Shown: positions 62,120 through 64,000 of the stretch, one piece after another
Layout: each line of letters begins with the position of its first letter
Position numbering within the stretch: the stretch's first letter is position 1
Source of the DNA: an uncultured Solirubrobacterales bacterium
GTDB lineage: Bacteria > Actinomycetota > Thermoleophilia > Solirubrobacterales > Solirubrobacteraceae
Reading direction: 5' to 3'
DNA length: 64,000 bases
Assembly (NCBI GenBank): GCA_963704345.1
Contig: OY969890.1
Span: 1,210,095-1,274,094 of the forward strand
Made by a program: the position numbers and the translations under genes
Notes under the pieces: generated by a model
The model's database searches: none
What the model saw: the letters and a program-made list of their open reading frames with translations, nothing else
Told to the model about the DNA's origin: nothing

Positions 62120-62523
62120 GGGCCTGCCAGTGCTATCTCGTCCTCGCCCTCTTGTTGGTTGGCTCATCGCGGTCGGTGTACTCGCAAGCTTCATCCTTCG
62201 CGGTGTAGTCGTCGCAGGGATCATCACCGCATTGATTGTCGCCTTTATGCATCCGCCTCACCCGATTTCGATCCTGATGCTGATCGCATTGACCATCTTC
62301 CTGTCGCTCGTCGAGCTTTACCGCAGCGCCCCACAATGGTTTGCCTGGCTCGTCGGGCTTCCTGGCACCAGACGTCGAACACGTCGAGGCCACAGAGGAT
62401 GACCTGCTCGCACAGGTCCGCGAGATCTCGACTCAGCTCGGCAAACTGGAACGAGCACTGTGTGAGCGAACCCACATCGTGGGCGAGGGCCAAACGCGGC
62501 GAGGTCTGCCAGACCGCCGGTAG
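62103..62523 (+). CDS. small membrane protein, possibly with frameshifted coiled-coil tail
   Basis: Hydrophobic ORF 62103-62402; EDDLLAQVREISTQLGKLERAL in the adjacent frame. Confidence 0.45.
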
Positions 62524-62841
62524 CTCACGCGGCAGCGCGATCTGCAACTCCCAGACGCGTTCGGGCGCTGCTGATTGTGCATCAATGGGAACTGGAGCGC
62601 CGCGCAGGGCTTTGACCAACATCTTGGCGCCGCACAGCCAAACGCCAACCCCCGTACCAACAGGCTGAGCACGACAGGAGCTGATTGGCGCAACGCAATT
62701 TGATGAGCAGTGCGCGCGCCAAAACTGTGGTTCAAACACCATGTTTAGGCAGGGAAAAGGCGGTAGTCGGGCACAAATCGTCGGCACTGTTCTCAGCACC
62801 CAGCTCCCCGAAACCGCACCAACACAGAAGATTGAGCCCCA

Positions 62842-62887
62842 TGCCCCCGCCAGGAGTCGAACCTGGATCTACCGCTTAGGAGGACGA
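62842..62887 (-). repeat. tRNA-Arg(CCT) 3'-half att repeat, copy 2
   Basis: Reverse complement CTCCTAAGCGGTAGATCCAGGTTCGACTCCTGGCGGGGGCA. Confidence 0.9.
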
Positions 62888-63209
62888 GGGCCGAATCGGC
62901 TGGCTCGCCGGAATCGCTAGGCACAGCAACGGTTTAGGCCGCCATCTCGGCGGTGTTATGCCCGACGATACGGTGCGATTGGGCTGGGTTTAGGCGGGGG
63001 TTGAGGTCTACCGCCTAAACAGGTTCGCGCTGATCGGCGAAGAGCAAGCCAGAGAATCTAGCTTGGAAGGCTCAAGGTAGATAGGCCTTAGACGCGTAGA
63101 TAGGCGTGTTACGACAGCGAGCATCTCCGAGAGCGTGTCGGGCAGTCGATGGGAGGTGTCCACGCGTCCCCCGAGTCAGTCGGAGGACCGACCGTCTTGG
63201 CGGAGGGCA

Positions 63210-64000
63210 TCAGTGTGCGACGTGTTGCTCTAGGTATTTGACGGTGCTTGCATGATCGTGAAATCGCCCCAGCTCGGTGACCGGGCAGTCCGGGCAATGG
63301 CCACCGTTTAGATCGCTCGGTGACTTGTCGCGGTGCTCGCGCATGTGCCGTAGCGCATCATTGGGATAGTCGGCGCGAATGACATGCCATGTACCATCGA
63401 TCTCCGCTACCGCAAGGAAGTCGGCCGGCGAGCGGGGCGGGTCGATCGCGTCACCGTCGACGCGGACGACGAACAGCCGGTCGAGATGCTGAACCTGATC
63501 GTTGAGTGTCGGGTCTTCATAGTGATCGAGTTCGGGCAAAAGGTCGTCCAGCGGCCCGGGACCCCAGAGCAGATCGCATGGCAAGCTCGTGCATTGAAAG
63601 CCCGGGCGATGGCTGAAGCCCAGCATCGGCATGCCGATGCCGCAGAGATCCTCGGTGGGCGCAGCGAGGTAGACGGCGAACGTTCCGTCCTTAAACGACG
63701 GATCGCCCGCTCGGAGGGAGAGGACACTGGGGAATGTGACACAGCGCTTTCTGTCTGTGGATATAGCGACGACGCGTGGCACCCGTTCGACGGGTGCAGG
63801 GAAGGTCCGGCCGCCGGGCGTGTCAGCACCCCAGAGCTTGTTGATGAATTCCGCGGCGCGACACAATGTTCGGGCCGCCTCAGGAGGCCCAATACGATGA
63901 AAATCCGACGGGTGCGCTGCATGGTGGCGCAGATCGACCGTCGTCCCATCGCTGGCGGCCGAGCGCTGGCCGACAAGTAGCTGCTCGCGCCGTGCCCACA
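63210..64000 (-). CDS. hypothetical protein, 5'-partial, with RxxxxH (RHHAAH) motif
   Basis: Frame of 63210-63866 stays open to the window edge: WARREQLL...DLRHHAAHP. Confidence 0.65.
   Translation of the reverse strand, partial: WARREQLLVGQRSAASDGTTVDLRHHAAHPSDFHRIGPPEAARTLCRAAEFINKLWGADTPGGRTFPAPVERVPRVVAISTDRKRCVTFPSVLSLRAGDPSFKDGTFAVYLAAPTEDLCGIGMPMLGFSHRPGFQCTSLPCDLLWGPGPLDDLLPELDHYEDPTLNDQVQHLDRLFVVRVDGDAIDPPRSPADFLAVAEIDGTWHVIRADYPNDALRHMREHRDKSPSDLNGGHCPDCPVTELGRFHDHASTVKYLEQHVAH

Larger units (their letters stand above)
61155..62887. mobile_element. 1687-bp integrase-less cassette between tRNA-Arg 3'-half repeats
   Basis: 46-bp direct repeats (1 mismatch), conserved arm, TA cargo only. 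Confidence 0.8.

Noticed and set aside
61155-62887. Two functional tRNA-Arg genes
   Set aside because: Both lack the 5' acceptor strand, D-arm and 5' anticodon stem.

Overview
High-GC actinobacterial DNA, inferred from gene content to be Thermoleophilia/Solirubrobacterales-like. Many single-base frameshifts in conserved genes are most likely long-read assembly errors. Left (1-14700): the right part of an integrative element inserted at the anticodon loop of a tRNA-Phe(GAA) gene that is not restored at this end. It has a coupling-protein ATPase, Replic_Relax relaxase, DNA methyltransferase, excisionase-like HTH and tyrosine integrase. Next to it lies a likely cargo operon: PadR, two ABC ATPases, FtsX permease, DUF2600/YtpB-like terpene synthase and IclR. 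Middle (14.8-59.7 kb): core genes (epimerase, HD-GYP, gabD, ychF, mce, ftsH-like, opp ABC, VapBC, ccmABCD-hemACD, birA, SF2 helicase, galT, MFS, GGDEF, redox/VOC cluster), with REP-like palindromes inserted in-frame, a 168-bp MITE, tandem repeats at gene ends and a riboswitch-like leader. Right (59.8-64 kb): the best candidate for a new system, a tandem array of small integrase-less cassettes. Each junction is a tRNA-Arg(CCT) 3'-half repeat plus a conserved ~135-bp arm ending in a covarying hairpin, and the cargo is MNT/HEPN-type.
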